Positions 55,379 through 64,000 of a stretch of DNA of 64,000 bases are shown here, piece after piece; the stretch's first letter is position 1, and every line of letters starts with the position of its first letter. The DNA is from an uncultured Clostridia bacterium. Lineage in GTDB: Bacteria > Bacillota > Clostridia > Christensenellales > UBA1750. A program made the position numbers and the translations under genes. The stretch covers positions 1,432 to 65,431 of the forward strand of contig CALWRM010000061.1 of assembly GCA_944383925.1 (NCBI GenBank), written 5' to 3'. The notes under the pieces are model-generated. The model was not told where the DNA came from. It saw only the letters and a program-made list of their open reading frames with translations, and searched no databases.

Positions 55379-57292
55379 ATGGACCGTCACCTAACCACCC
55401 TGGAATTCGACAAGATCCTGGATACCCTATCTTCCTACGCCCACACCGCCCGGGCCAAGGAGCAGCTGCTGGCCCTGCGGCCGGAGCGCCAGCTCTCCTT
55501 GGCCCGCGAGCGCCAGCGCCTGGCCAACGAGGCCCGGCGCTGCCTGGAGGAGGCCGCCCCGCCCCTGAGCTCCATCGACGCCCTGGAGGTGGGGCTGCCC
55601 CTGCTGCTGGCCGGGGCCAGCCTGACGGCCAAGCAGCTGACGGGCATGGCCTCCTTCCTACAGGGCGTGCGCCGCATGCAGCTGTACCTAAAGCGCATGG
55701 AATCCTTCTCGCCCGAGCTGTCCGCCTGGGGGCTGACGCTGGACGCCCTGCCGGACGTGGCCGAGGAAATCGAGCGCTGCGTGCGCGGGGAGGAGCTGGA
55801 CGACCGGGCCAGCCCCGCCCTTCGAGGCCTGCGCCGCCAGATCGAGCAGGAGGAGGGACGCATCCGCGCCAAGCTGGAGGGGCTGCTGCGCGCCCACCCC
55901 GATTGGTTCATGGATAGCTTCATCTCCGAGCGCGGCGGCCGGCTGGTGCTGCCCCTGAAGCGGGAATTCCGCCGCCAGCTGCCCGGCAGCGTGGCGGACA
56001 GTTCCGGATCCGGGGCCACGCTGTTCGTGGAGCCGGCCTCTGTCTCCGCCCTGCGGGACGAGCTTTCCCTGCTGCGCGTCGAGGAGAGCAACGAGTGCCT
56101 GCGCATCCTGGCGGAGCTATCCCAGGCCCTGGCCGAGCATCTGGAATCGCTCAAGCGCGACCGGGCCTGTCTGGACCGCCTGGACTTCACCTTCGCCCTT
56201 GGCCGTCTGGCCCTGGAACTGGACGCCCGGCCCTGCCGGCTGGAGGACGCCCACCTGATCCGCTTCACCGGCGGACGCCACCCGCTGCTGCCCAAGGGCA
56301 CGGCCGTGCCCCTGGACTTCTTTCTCGGCGCGCCGCCCGCGACCACGGGCGTGGTGATCACCGGGCCCAACACCGGCGGCAAGACCGTGGCCCTGAAGAC
56401 CGTGGGGCTGCTGTGCCTGATGGCCCAAAGCGGGCTGTGCGTGCCCGTGGACGAGGGCGCGGTCTTCCCCCTGCTGGACCGGGTGCTCTGCGACCTGGGC
56501 GACGGCCAAAGCATCGAGCAAAACCTCTCCACCTTCTCCTCCCACGTCACGCGCTGGGTGGAAATTCTCTCCGCCTGCGGGCCGGATTCCCTGGTGTTGT
56601 TGGACGAGTTGGGCGCCGGCACCGATCCCCAGGAGGGCATGGGGCTGGCCGTGGCCGTGTTGGAGGCCCTGGGCCAGCGGGGGTGCCTGGTGTTAGCCAC
56701 CACCCACTATCCGGAGGTGAAGCAGTTCGCCGCGAGCACCCCGGGCTTTCTGAACGCCTCCATGGCCTTTGACCCGGCCACGCTCTCGCCCCTGTACCGG
56801 ATGGAGCTGGGCAAGCCCGGGGAAAGCTGCGCCCTGCTCATCGCCAAGCGCCTCGGCCTGGACGGCGCCATCCTGGAAAGGGCCGCCCAGGTGGCCGGTT
56901 CCAAGCCGCCCGAAGCCCTGCCCGAGGCCCGAACGGTGGCCCTGCCCGAAGCGCCCAAGCCCCCGGATCCCCCGGCGGCGAAGAAGGCCGCCGCCCCCGC
57001 CTTTGAGCGAGGCTCCAGCGTCTACGTGCACCCCTTGCACCGCAGCGGCATCGTGGCCGAGGAGGAAAACGCCAAGGGCGAGGTGGTGGTGCTGGTGGCG
57101 GGCAGGCGCTACACCGTGAACAAAAAGCGGCTTTCCCCCCACCTAAGCCGGGAACAGCTCTATCCGGACGCGGAAAACTACGACCTTTCCATCGTGTTGG
57201 ACAGCGTGGAAAACCGCAAGCTGCGCCATCGCCAGGAAAAGCGCCATGTGGAAGGAAGCGTGGTGGTGCGCCCGGGCAAGGACGAACCTTGA
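55379..57292 (+). CDS. MutS2-family protein lacking a recognisable C-terminal Smr domain
   Basis: 637 aa. GRHPLL, Walker A ITGPNTGGKTVALKTVG, LLDELGAGTDPQEG. The tail has a KOW-like GSSVYVHPLHRSGIVAEEENAKGEVVVLVAGRRYTV, then ends. Confidence 0.85.
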   Translation: MDRHLTTLEFDKILDTLSSYAHTARAKEQLLALRPERQLSLARERQRLANEARRCLEEAAPPLSSIDALEVGLPLLLAGASLTAKQLTGMASFLQGVRRMQLYLKRMESFSPELSAWGLTLDALPDVAEEIERCVRGEELDDRASPALRGLRRQIEQEEGRIRAKLEGLLRAHPDWFMDSFISERGGRLVLPLKREFRRQLPGSVADSSGSGATLFVEPASVSALRDELSLLRVEESNECLRILAELSQALAEHLESLKRDRACLDRLDFTFALGRLALELDARPCRLEDAHLIRFTGGRHPLLPKGTAVPLDFFLGAPPATTGVVITGPNTGGKTVALKTVGLLCLMAQSGLCVPVDEGAVFPLLDRVLCDLGDGQSIEQNLSTFSSHVTRWVEILSACGPDSLVLLDELGAGTDPQEGMGLAVAVLEALGQRGCLVLATTHYPEVKQFAASTPGFLNASMAFDPATLSPLYRMELGKPGESCALLIAKRLGLDGAILERAAQVAGSKPPEALPEARTVALPEAPKPPDPPAAKKAAAPAFERGSSVYVHPLHRSGIVAEEENAKGEVVVLVAGRRYTVNKKRLSPHLSREQLYPDAENYDLSIVLDSVENRKLRHRQEKRHVEGSVVVRPGKDEP

Positions 57293-57299
57293 CCGGCCC

Positions 57300-58262
57300 T
57301 GCCCCGCCGTCCGGTCCCACCCCCCTCGACGCACCATCTTCCCACCCCCTTTCGCCCCGCCGGCGATACCTCTTTCCTCCATCCTCCCGCCCCTTTTCCC
57401 GCCGCGCGGGCGGCAAGCCCCCGCCTCGAGCCGCACAACGCAAGCCGCCTCCCCCTTTCCCCCAGCCTCACGCCCCTTTTTCCGCCGCGCGGACGGTAAG
57501 CCCCGCTCCGAAGCCTCGCTGCCTTGACCCGGGCCGCACAACGCAAACCGCCTCCCCTTTCCCCCGACCTCCCGCCCCTTCCCTCGCCCCGCGGACGGCA
57601 TGCCCCCGCCCCCAGACCTTCACTTTCTTGCGCCGGGCTAGCAAAAAACCCTTCCCGCCGGTCTCTCGCCCCTTCCCTCACGGCTCGGACGGCAAGCCCC
57701 GCCTTGGGCTGCTCGGCGCAAGCCCCCGCTCCTTCCCGCCGACCCCCCGCCCCTTCCCTCGCCGTGCGGACGGCATGCCCCCGCCCCCAGACCTTCACTT
57801 TCTTGCGCCGGGCTGGCGAAGAACCCTTTCTTCCGGCCTCCCGCCCCTTCCCGCCGACCTCCCGCCCCTTGCTCAGCTGCGCGGACGGCAAGCCCCAGAC
57901 CTTCACAATCTTGCGCTAAGCTGGCGAAAAGCCCTTCCCGCCTGCCTCTCTCCCCTTGCCTCACGGCTTGGACGGCAAGCCCCGCCTTGGGCTGCTCGGC
58001 GCAAGCCCCCGCCCCTTTCCGCTGGCCTCCCGCCCCTTCCCTCGCCGCGCGAGCGGCAAGCCCCCGCCCCCCAGACCTTCACTATCTTGCGCTAGGCTGG
58101 CGAAAAAACCTTTCCGTCATCCGCCTTCCCCTTTTCCCGCCGCGCGGGCGGCAAGCCCCGCTCCGAAGCCTCGCTGCCTTGACCTGGACCGCACAACGCA
58201 AGCTGCCTCCCCTTCCCGCCTGTTTCCCGCCCCTTCCCCGCCCCGCGGGCATAGAGCGCCCG
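57300..58262. repeat. tandem array E: about 10 units (80-110 bp) with a common head and three alternative tails
   Basis: The head CCGCCCCTTCCC..GCGGACGGCAAGCCCC occurs at about 57389, 57470, 57578, 57669, 57749, 57841, 57950, 58030, 58126 and 58229. Tail CAGACCTTCAC.TCTTGCGC occurs at 57617, 57789, 57895 and 58072. Tail GCCTTGGGCTGCTCGGCGCAAGCCCCCGC occurs twice. Tail GCTCCGAAGCCTCGCTGCCTTGACC occurs twice. Confidence 0.8.
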
Positions 58263-58298
58263 TTGCCTGGGAAAAATGGGGTGGGAGGCGAAAGGCAT

Positions 58299-58433
58299 AT
58301 GCGCGTTCGGCAAGTTTTTACCCTATTGCTCCTGTTGACCATGCTGCTGGGCCTTGGTTTTTTCATTCTTGGCGGCATACGGACCTTTTTGGACGAGATT
58401 TCCCGCGTCCTCGGCCGCTTTTCCGCATACTAG
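58299..58433 (+). CDS. possible 44-aa single-pass membrane peptide
   Basis: MRVRQVFTLLLLLTMLLGLGFFILGGIRTFLDEISRVLGRFSAY. GGGAGG lies about 10 nt upstream. Sits between array E and pgk. No homology recognised. Confidence 0.35.
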   Translation: MRVRQVFTLLLLLTMLLGLGFFILGGIRTFLDEISRVLGRFSAY

Positions 58434-58572
58434 CCTGGCCGCCTTCTTTGTTAAAGGCGCGTCAAACCGGAAACCTGTCCCTTGCAAAGGTTTCAAATTG
58501 TGGGTATAATTGGATTAAACAGGTTGAATCTGCTTTCCTATTTATTCTACAAGTAAGGAGTGTGCTTTGGTT

Positions 58573-59757
58573 ATGAACAAGAAGACCATAGAGGACATTC
58601 AGGTTTCGGGCAAGCGCGTTCTGGTGCGCTGCGACTTTAACGTGCCCCTGGACGGCTCCACCATCACCGATGAAACCCGCATCGTGGCCGCCCTGCCCAC
58701 CATCCAGTACCTTTTGAAGAACAAGGCCAAGGTCATACTCTGCTCCCATCTGGGCCGTCCCAAGGGCGAGTTCAACATGAAGTATTCCCTAGCGCCCGTG
58801 GCCAAGCGCCTCTCCGAGCTGCTGGGCCAGGAGGTCAAGCTGGCCTCCGACGTGGTGGGCGAGAGCGCCAAGTCCCTGGCCGCCTCCCTGCAGGAGGGAC
58901 AGGCCATGCTGCTGGAGAACGTCCGCTTCCATAAGGAAGAGGAAAAGAACGACCCCGCCTTTGCCAAGCAGCTGGCGGATCTGGCCGATATCTACGTCAA
59001 CGACGCCTTCGGCACCGCCCACAGGGCCCACGCCTCCACCGAGGGCGTGGCCAAGTACCTGCCCGCCGTGGCCGGCTACCTGATCGGCAAGGAGCTGTCC
59101 GTCATGGGCAAGGCCCTGTCCGACCCCGCCCGTCCCTTCGTGGCCATCCTGGGCGGCAAGAAGGTCTCCGACAAGATCGGCGTGATCAACAACCTGCTGG
59201 ATAAGTGCGACGCCATCCTCATCGGCGGCGCCATGAGCTACACCTTCTCCAAGGCCCAGGGCGGCAAGATCGGCAAGTCCCTGCTGGAGGCCGACAAGCT
59301 GGATCTGGCCACCTCCCTGCTGGCCAAGGCCGAGCAGAAGGGCGTGAAGATGCTCCTGCCCGTGGACACCGTCTGCGCCCCCGAGTTTGACAACGACGCC
59401 CCCCGCACCACGGTCAAGTGCGGCGAGATCCCCGACGACCTGGAAGGCCTGGACATCGGCCCGGAGACCGTCAAGCTCTTCTCCGAGGAGATCGCCAAGG
59501 CCAAGACCATCGTCTGGAACGGCCCCATGGGCGTGTTTGAGATGCCCAACTTCGCCGTTGGCACCAAGGAAATCGCCAAGGCCATGGCCGCCAACAAGGA
59601 CGCCGTCACCATCATCGGCGGCGGCGACTCCGCGGCTGCCGTGGAGCAGCTGGGCTTCGCCGATCAGATGACCCACATCTCCACCGGCGGCGGCGCCTCC
59701 CTGGAGTTCCTGGAGGGCATCGAGCTGCCCGGCGTGGCCGCTCTCAACGACAAGTAA
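58573..59757 (+). CDS. pgk: phosphoglycerate kinase
   Basis: [25 protein letters not shown] aligns with the usual Pgk N-terminus. The track start at 58567 is a TTG two codons upstream. AAGGAG upstream. Confidence 0.95.
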   Translation: MNKKTIEDIQVSGKRVLVRCDFNVPLDGSTITDETRIVAALPTIQYLLKNKAKVILCSHLGRPKGEFNMKYSLAPVAKRLSELLGQEVKLASDVVGESAKSLAASLQEGQAMLLENVRFHKEEEKNDPAFAKQLADLADIYVNDAFGTAHRAHASTEGVAKYLPAVAGYLIGKELSVMGKALSDPARPFVAILGGKKVSDKIGVINNLLDKCDAILIGGAMSYTFSKAQGGKIGKSLLEADKLDLATSLLAKAEQKGVKMLLPVDTVCAPEFDNDAPRTTVKCGEIPDDLEGLDIGPETVKLFSEEIAKAKTIVWNGPMGVFEMPNFAVGTKEIAKAMAANKDAVTIIGGGDSAAAVEQLGFADQMTHISTGGGASLEFLEGIELPGVAALNDK

Positions 59758-59865
59758 AGCCCAAGGCCCAAAGCCGGGGGCGGCCAAGAACAGCCTCGGC
59801 CGCCCCCTTTCCATGACAAAAACCAGGCGGTCTCCCCGCCGCCCGAGGAAAGGAAACGAAAGCAC

Positions 59866-60630
59866 ATGCGCAAGCCCATCATTGCCGGCAACTGGAAGAT
59901 GAACCTCACCCCCTTGGAGGGCGAAACCCTGGTCAAGGCCCTGATCGAGAAGGTGGCCGACGCCAAGTGCGACGTGGTGGTCTGCGTGCCCTTTGTGGAC
60001 ATCGCCCCCGTGGCCGCGGCCGTGAAGGGCACCAACATCCACGTGGGCGCCCAGAACCTCCATTTTAAGAAGAGCGGCGCCTACACCGGCGAGGTCAGCG
60101 CCGACATGCTCAAGGCCGTGGGCGCCGAATACGTCATCATCGGCCACTCCGAGCGCCGGCAGTACTTTGCCGAGACCGACGAGACCGTGAACCTCAAGAC
60201 CCTCTTCGCCCTGGAAAACGGCCTGATCCCCATCGTCTGCGTGGGCGAGAGCCTGGCCCAGCGCGACGCGGGCGAAACCGACGGCCTGGTCTCCATGCAG
60301 GTGAAGGCGGCCCTCAAGGGTCTTAGCGCCCAGGACGCCCAGAAGGTCATCATCGCCTATGAGCCCATTTGGGCCATCGGCACCGGCCGCACCGCCACCA
60401 ACGAGCAGGCGGACGAGACCATCGGCGTCATCCGCGGCGCCGTGGCCGAGGCCTTCGGCCAGGAAACCGCCGAGAAGATCCGCATCCAGTACGGCGGCAG
60501 CATGAACGCCAAGAACTGCCAGGGCCTGATGCAGATGCCCCAGATCGACGGCGGCCTCATCGGCGGCGCCTCCCTGAAGGCCGAGGACTTCTCCATCATC
60601 GTCGCCGCGGCCAGCGACACCGTGGCCTGA
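59866..60630 (+). CDS. tpiA: triosephosphate isomerase
   Basis: [32 protein letters not shown]. Confidence 0.95.
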   Translation: MRKPIIAGNWKMNLTPLEGETLVKALIEKVADAKCDVVVCVPFVDIAPVAAAVKGTNIHVGAQNLHFKKSGAYTGEVSADMLKAVGAEYVIIGHSERRQYFAETDETVNLKTLFALENGLIPIVCVGESLAQRDAGETDGLVSMQVKAALKGLSAQDAQKVIIAYEPIWAIGTGRTATNEQADETIGVIRGAVAEAFGQETAEKIRIQYGGSMNAKNCQGLMQMPQIDGGLIGGASLKAEDFSIIVAAASDTVA

Positions 60631-60649
60631 AAGGAAGTACGGAAACACC

Positions 60650-62194
60650 ATGGATAACAAAAAGCAAATGACGGCTCTGATCATCATGGACGGCTTTGGC
60701 GTGCGCGAGTGCCGGGAGGGCAACGCCATCCTGGCCGCCGGCACCCCCAACCTGGACCGGCTGAAGGAACGCTTCCCCAACACCGTCATCGGCGCCTCCG
60801 GCATGGACGTGGGCCTGCCGGACGGCCAGATGGGCAACTCCGAGGTGGGCCACCTGAACATCGGCGCCGGCCGCATCGTCTACCAGGAGCTGACCCGCAT
60901 CACCAAGTCCATTCAGGACGGGGACTTCTTCTCCAACCCGGCCTTCCTCTCCGCCGTGGCCTACGCCAAGCAGCACGGCGGCAAGCTGCACCTGATGGGC
61001 CTGCTTTCCGACGGCGGCGTCCATAGCCACATCGAGCATCTGTTCGCCCTGATCGACTTTGCCAAGCAGCAGGGGCTGAGCAACGTCTTCGTCCATTGCC
61101 TGATGGACGGCCGCGATACCCCGCCCACCTCCGGCATCGAATACGTCAAGCAACTGCAGGCCCACATGGACCAGCTGGGCTTCGGCGCCATCGCCACCAT
61201 CTCCGGCCGCTATTACGCCATGGACCGCGACAAGCGCTGGGACCGGGTGCAGAAGGCCTATCGCGCCATCTCCCTGGGCGAGGGCGTGGCAGAGACCTGC
61301 CCGGTGGAGGCCATGGAGCATTCCTACGCCAAGGAAGTGACGGACGAGTTCGTGGTGCCCACCGTCTTGCAGCGGGACGGCAGGCCCGTGGCCACGGTGG
61401 AGCCCGGCGACGGCTTCATCTTCTTCAACTTCCGCCCGGACCGCACCCGCGAGCTCACCCGCGCCTTCATCGAGGAGGGCTTCGCCGAGTTCGACCGCGG
61501 CTGCGCCTTTAAGCCCATCTACTTCGTGGGCATGACCCGTTACGACGACAGCTTCACCAACATCGACACGGCCTACAAGCCCGTAACGTTGACCAACACC
61601 ATGGGCGAATACCTGTCCTCCCTGGGCAAGACCCAGCTGCGCATCGCCGAGACCGAGAAGTATGCCCACGTCACCTTCTTCTTCAACGGCGGCGTGGAGG
61701 CCCCCAATCCCGGCGAGGACCGCGTGCTGATTCCCTCCCCCAAGGTGGCCACCTACGATCTCAAGCCCGAGATGAGCGCCCTGGAGGTGACCGACGCCGT
61801 GCTGGAGGCCGTGCACTCCGGCAAGTACGACGTGATGATCCTCAACTATGCCAACTGCGACATGGTGGGCCACACCGGCGTGATGGAGGCCGCGATGCAG
61901 GCGGTCAAGACCGTGGACGCCTGCGTGGGCCGCGTGGTGGACGCCATTTTGGCCGAGGGCGGCCGCGCCCTGATCACCGCCGACCACGGCAACGCCGACA
62001 TGATGGTCGATCCCACGACCCACGAGCCCTTCACCGCCCACACCACCAACAAGGTGCCCTTCATCCTGGCGGACACGGGCTCCATCGGCCGCAGCCTGCG
62101 CCAGGGCGGCCGCCTCGCGGATCTGGCCCCCACCATGCTCAAGCTCATGGGCCTGCCAAAGCCCGTGGAAATGACCGGCGAGAGCCTGGTATAA
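60650..62194 (+). CDS. gpmI: 2,3-bisphosphoglycerate-independent phosphoglycerate mutase
   Basis: 514 aa. LIIMDGFG, GNSEVGHLNIGAGR, ADHGNAD. Confidence 0.95.
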   Translation: MDNKKQMTALIIMDGFGVRECREGNAILAAGTPNLDRLKERFPNTVIGASGMDVGLPDGQMGNSEVGHLNIGAGRIVYQELTRITKSIQDGDFFSNPAFLSAVAYAKQHGGKLHLMGLLSDGGVHSHIEHLFALIDFAKQQGLSNVFVHCLMDGRDTPPTSGIEYVKQLQAHMDQLGFGAIATISGRYYAMDRDKRWDRVQKAYRAISLGEGVAETCPVEAMEHSYAKEVTDEFVVPTVLQRDGRPVATVEPGDGFIFFNFRPDRTRELTRAFIEEGFAEFDRGCAFKPIYFVGMTRYDDSFTNIDTAYKPVTLTNTMGEYLSSLGKTQLRIAETEKYAHVTFFFNGGVEAPNPGEDRVLIPSPKVATYDLKPEMSALEVTDAVLEAVHSGKYDVMILNYANCDMVGHTGVMEAAMQAVKTVDACVGRVVDAILAEGGRALITADHGNADMMVDPTTHEPFTAHTTNKVPFILADTGSIGRSLRQGGRLADLAPTMLKLMGLPKPVEMTGESLV

Positions 62195-62222
62195 ACCCCC
62201 GCGCCCCTCTTTGCCCCAACAA

Positions 62223-62262
62223 GCAGGGCCCGAAAGCGAATGCGTCCGCTTTCGGGCCCTGC
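62223..62262 (+). terminator. strong hairpin after gpmI (no clear T-tract)
   Basis: GCAGGGCCCGAAAGCG-loop-CGCTTTCGGGCCCTGC. Confidence 0.5.
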
Positions 62263-62368
62263 TGCGCCTTGCGCCGCGCCATCCTCCCTTGCGGTTGACG
62301 GCCGCGGTTTTTTCGCCCTATAATGGGCAGGAGACGCCCGCGCCGCGGGCATAAAGGGGGTTGCATGC

Positions 62369-63184
62369 ATGAAGCTATCCTTTACCACGCTGGGCTGTCC
62401 CGCCTGGGACTTCCGGCAGACCGTCGAAAACGCCGCCCGCATGGGCTATGCGGGCGTGGAGATTCGCGGCATCCGGGACCAGATGCGCATGGAGGCGATC
62501 CCGGCCTTTCAGCCCGGCAACCAGCGGGATACCCTGCGGCTGCTGAACGGGGCCGGCGTACAGCTCTGCGCCTTTGGCACCTCCATCCACCTGGACCGCG
62601 CGGACGGCCTGGCCGCCGCCCTGGAGGAGGGGCGCATCGCCGTGGACCTTTGCGCGGGCCTCGGCATCCCCGCCATCCGCGTCTTCGGCGACCAGCTGCA
62701 GCCCGATTGCACCCAGCAGCAGACCATCGACCAGGTGGCCGCGGGCCTGCAGGCCCTGTGCGCCTACGCGGAAGGGTCCCCCGTGGACGTGCTGCTGGAG
62801 GTGCACGGCCAATTCAACACCATCGAGCGCCTGCTGCCCGTGTGCCAAGCCCAGCAGAGCCGGCGCTTCGGCCTCATCTGGGACGTGGCCCACAGCGATC
62901 GGGCCTACGGCGACGATTACCTCCCCTTCTACCTTGCGCTCAAGCCCTGGATCCGCCACATGCACATCAAGGACCACCGCCGCACGCCCCAGGGCGACCA
63001 GCTTTGCCCTGTGGGCGAGGGCGACATCCCGCTGCCCGCCATCCTGCGCACCCTACAGGCGGACGGCTTTGACGGTTGGTACTCCTTCGAATGGGAAAAG
63101 CGCTGGCACCCCGAGCTTCCCGAGCCGGAAGAGGTCTTTCCGGCCTACCTGCGCTACATGCGCGGCCAGGAAGCCAGCCTCTGA
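62369..63184 (+). CDS. sugar phosphate isomerase/epimerase (xylose-isomerase-like TIM barrel)
   Basis: 271 aa. MKLSFTTLGCPAWD, GYAGVEIRG, LLEVHG, IRHMHIKD. AAAGGGGG lies 8 nt upstream. Confidence 0.85.
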   Translation: MKLSFTTLGCPAWDFRQTVENAARMGYAGVEIRGIRDQMRMEAIPAFQPGNQRDTLRLLNGAGVQLCAFGTSIHLDRADGLAAALEEGRIAVDLCAGLGIPAIRVFGDQLQPDCTQQQTIDQVAAGLQALCAYAEGSPVDVLLEVHGQFNTIERLLPVCQAQQSRRFGLIWDVAHSDRAYGDDYLPFYLALKPWIRHMHIKDHRRTPQGDQLCPVGEGDIPLPAILRTLQADGFDGWYSFEWEKRWHPELPEPEEVFPAYLRYMRGQEASL

Positions 63185-63246
63185 CCCTTCCGCCCCCCGC
63201 CCCATGGCAGGGGGCTTTCTCGTGGGGCGGCGCGCCCGGGCGCTCA

Positions 63247-63960
63247 TCAAAGCGGGGCCACATACGCGCGCACCAGCTCCAACAGCCCATCCGCGCAGGC
63301 GGGCAGGTACCTGGGCGAATGGGCCACGCTCACAAACTCGTAGCGCGCGGGCGCCTGAAAGCCGGCCCAACCGTCCAGCCGCTGGAAGGGGATGGCGGGC
63401 TCGGGGCCGTTCCAGGCCTCCATCATCCGGGAAAGGTCCGAGCCCAGGCGCAGGAAGTCGCCTGCGTCGATGGCGGCGGGTACGTCCGGCCTGGAATCCG
63501 GGGTGTGCAGGTATTGCAGCCGTCCCACCCAGCGGAAGGCCAGGGCAAAGAGCAGGTAATTGGCCTCGTCCAACTGGCACAGCCGGTCGTACCGATCCAG
63601 GCGCGGCCGCACCTGCGGCTTGAGGGCCAACACCTGCTCCAGCACGTAGGCCGGCCCCGGCTTGCCGATGCCCAGATCCGCGTGGGCGTCCACATGGGTC
63701 ACGGCAAAGGGCGCCCGCAGGCGGCCCGCCTCCAACAGGCGCTGCCAAAGCCGCAGCGAGCCGTCATGGGTCCGCACCAGGCAGCCCGGCGTGGGCCGTT
63801 GCCTGGACAGCCCCAGGCTTCCCTCCAGAAAGGCGCGCAGCCGCCCCTCGTCCCAGGCCACCTCCGGCGGGGCCTGGGGCCGCTGTCCCTCCGCCGCCGG
63901 CCCGTACAGGCCCCGCACGAAAAAATCCATATCCAAGTCCAACACCCATTGCATCCGCAC
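63247..63960 (-). CDS. hypothetical protein, UPF0489-like
   Basis: 237 aa. WVLDLDMDFF, VTHVDAHADLG, LDEANYLLFA. Coherent codon usage. Family assignment is from memory only. Confidence 0.55.
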   Translation of the reverse strand: MRMQWVLDLDMDFFVRGLYGPAAEGQRPQAPPEVAWDEGRLRAFLEGSLGLSRQRPTPGCLVRTHDGSLRLWQRLLEAGRLRAPFAVTHVDAHADLGIGKPGPAYVLEQVLALKPQVRPRLDRYDRLCQLDEANYLLFALAFRWVGRLQYLHTPDSRPDVPAAIDAGDFLRLGSDLSRMMEAWNGPEPAIPFQRLDGWAGFQAPARYEFVSVAHSPRYLPACADGLLELVRAYVAPL

Positions 63961-64000
63961 GGCCTCCTTTTCGCAGCGCCCTTTGTCTTCGACGCGCGCG

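Overview
High-GC, Clostridia-type chromosome segment from an endospore-former (yabP-yabQ-divIC, rny, cinA-recA, scpAB, dprA-topA-trmFO-hslVU). I support about 50 CDS. Genes lie mostly on the minus strand up to about 43 kb and on mixed strands after that. Most long ORFs in the supplied track are antisense or shadow ORFs typical of high-GC DNA, and many real genes needed their starts trimmed to an internal ATG/GTG with a Shine-Dalgarno (SD) sequence. Start coordinates were derived by counting residues from ORF-track ends.

Main observations:
1. Two diverged paralogous three-gene modules (CotH kinase-like + cytoplasmic VTC/TTM polyphosphate-polymerase-like + DUF4956 membrane protein) at 16.7-21.1 kb and 34.1-37.5 kb. 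The second sits directly behind an OmpR-type response regulator/histidine kinase pair and carries a pho-box-like direct repeat in its promoter. This is my best candidate for an uncharacterised system.
2. Five intergenic blocks of mosaic GC-rich tandem repeats sharing one degenerate hairpin core. By my boundaries they total about 3.8 kb, roughly 6% of the window.
3. A 1245-aa protein with two GT-C glycosyltransferase modules, encoded next to a GtrA-like protein.
4. A lipobox-anchored class B sortase with a VPKTG substrate in a visibly less GC-rich patch.
5. An orphan unit running from a consensus promoter to a terminator, with an 8-codon ORF, that I cannot assign to any RNA family.
6. A yybP-ykoY Mn riboswitch upstream of mntP.

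I found no tRNA, rRNA, CRISPR array, transposase or integrase.
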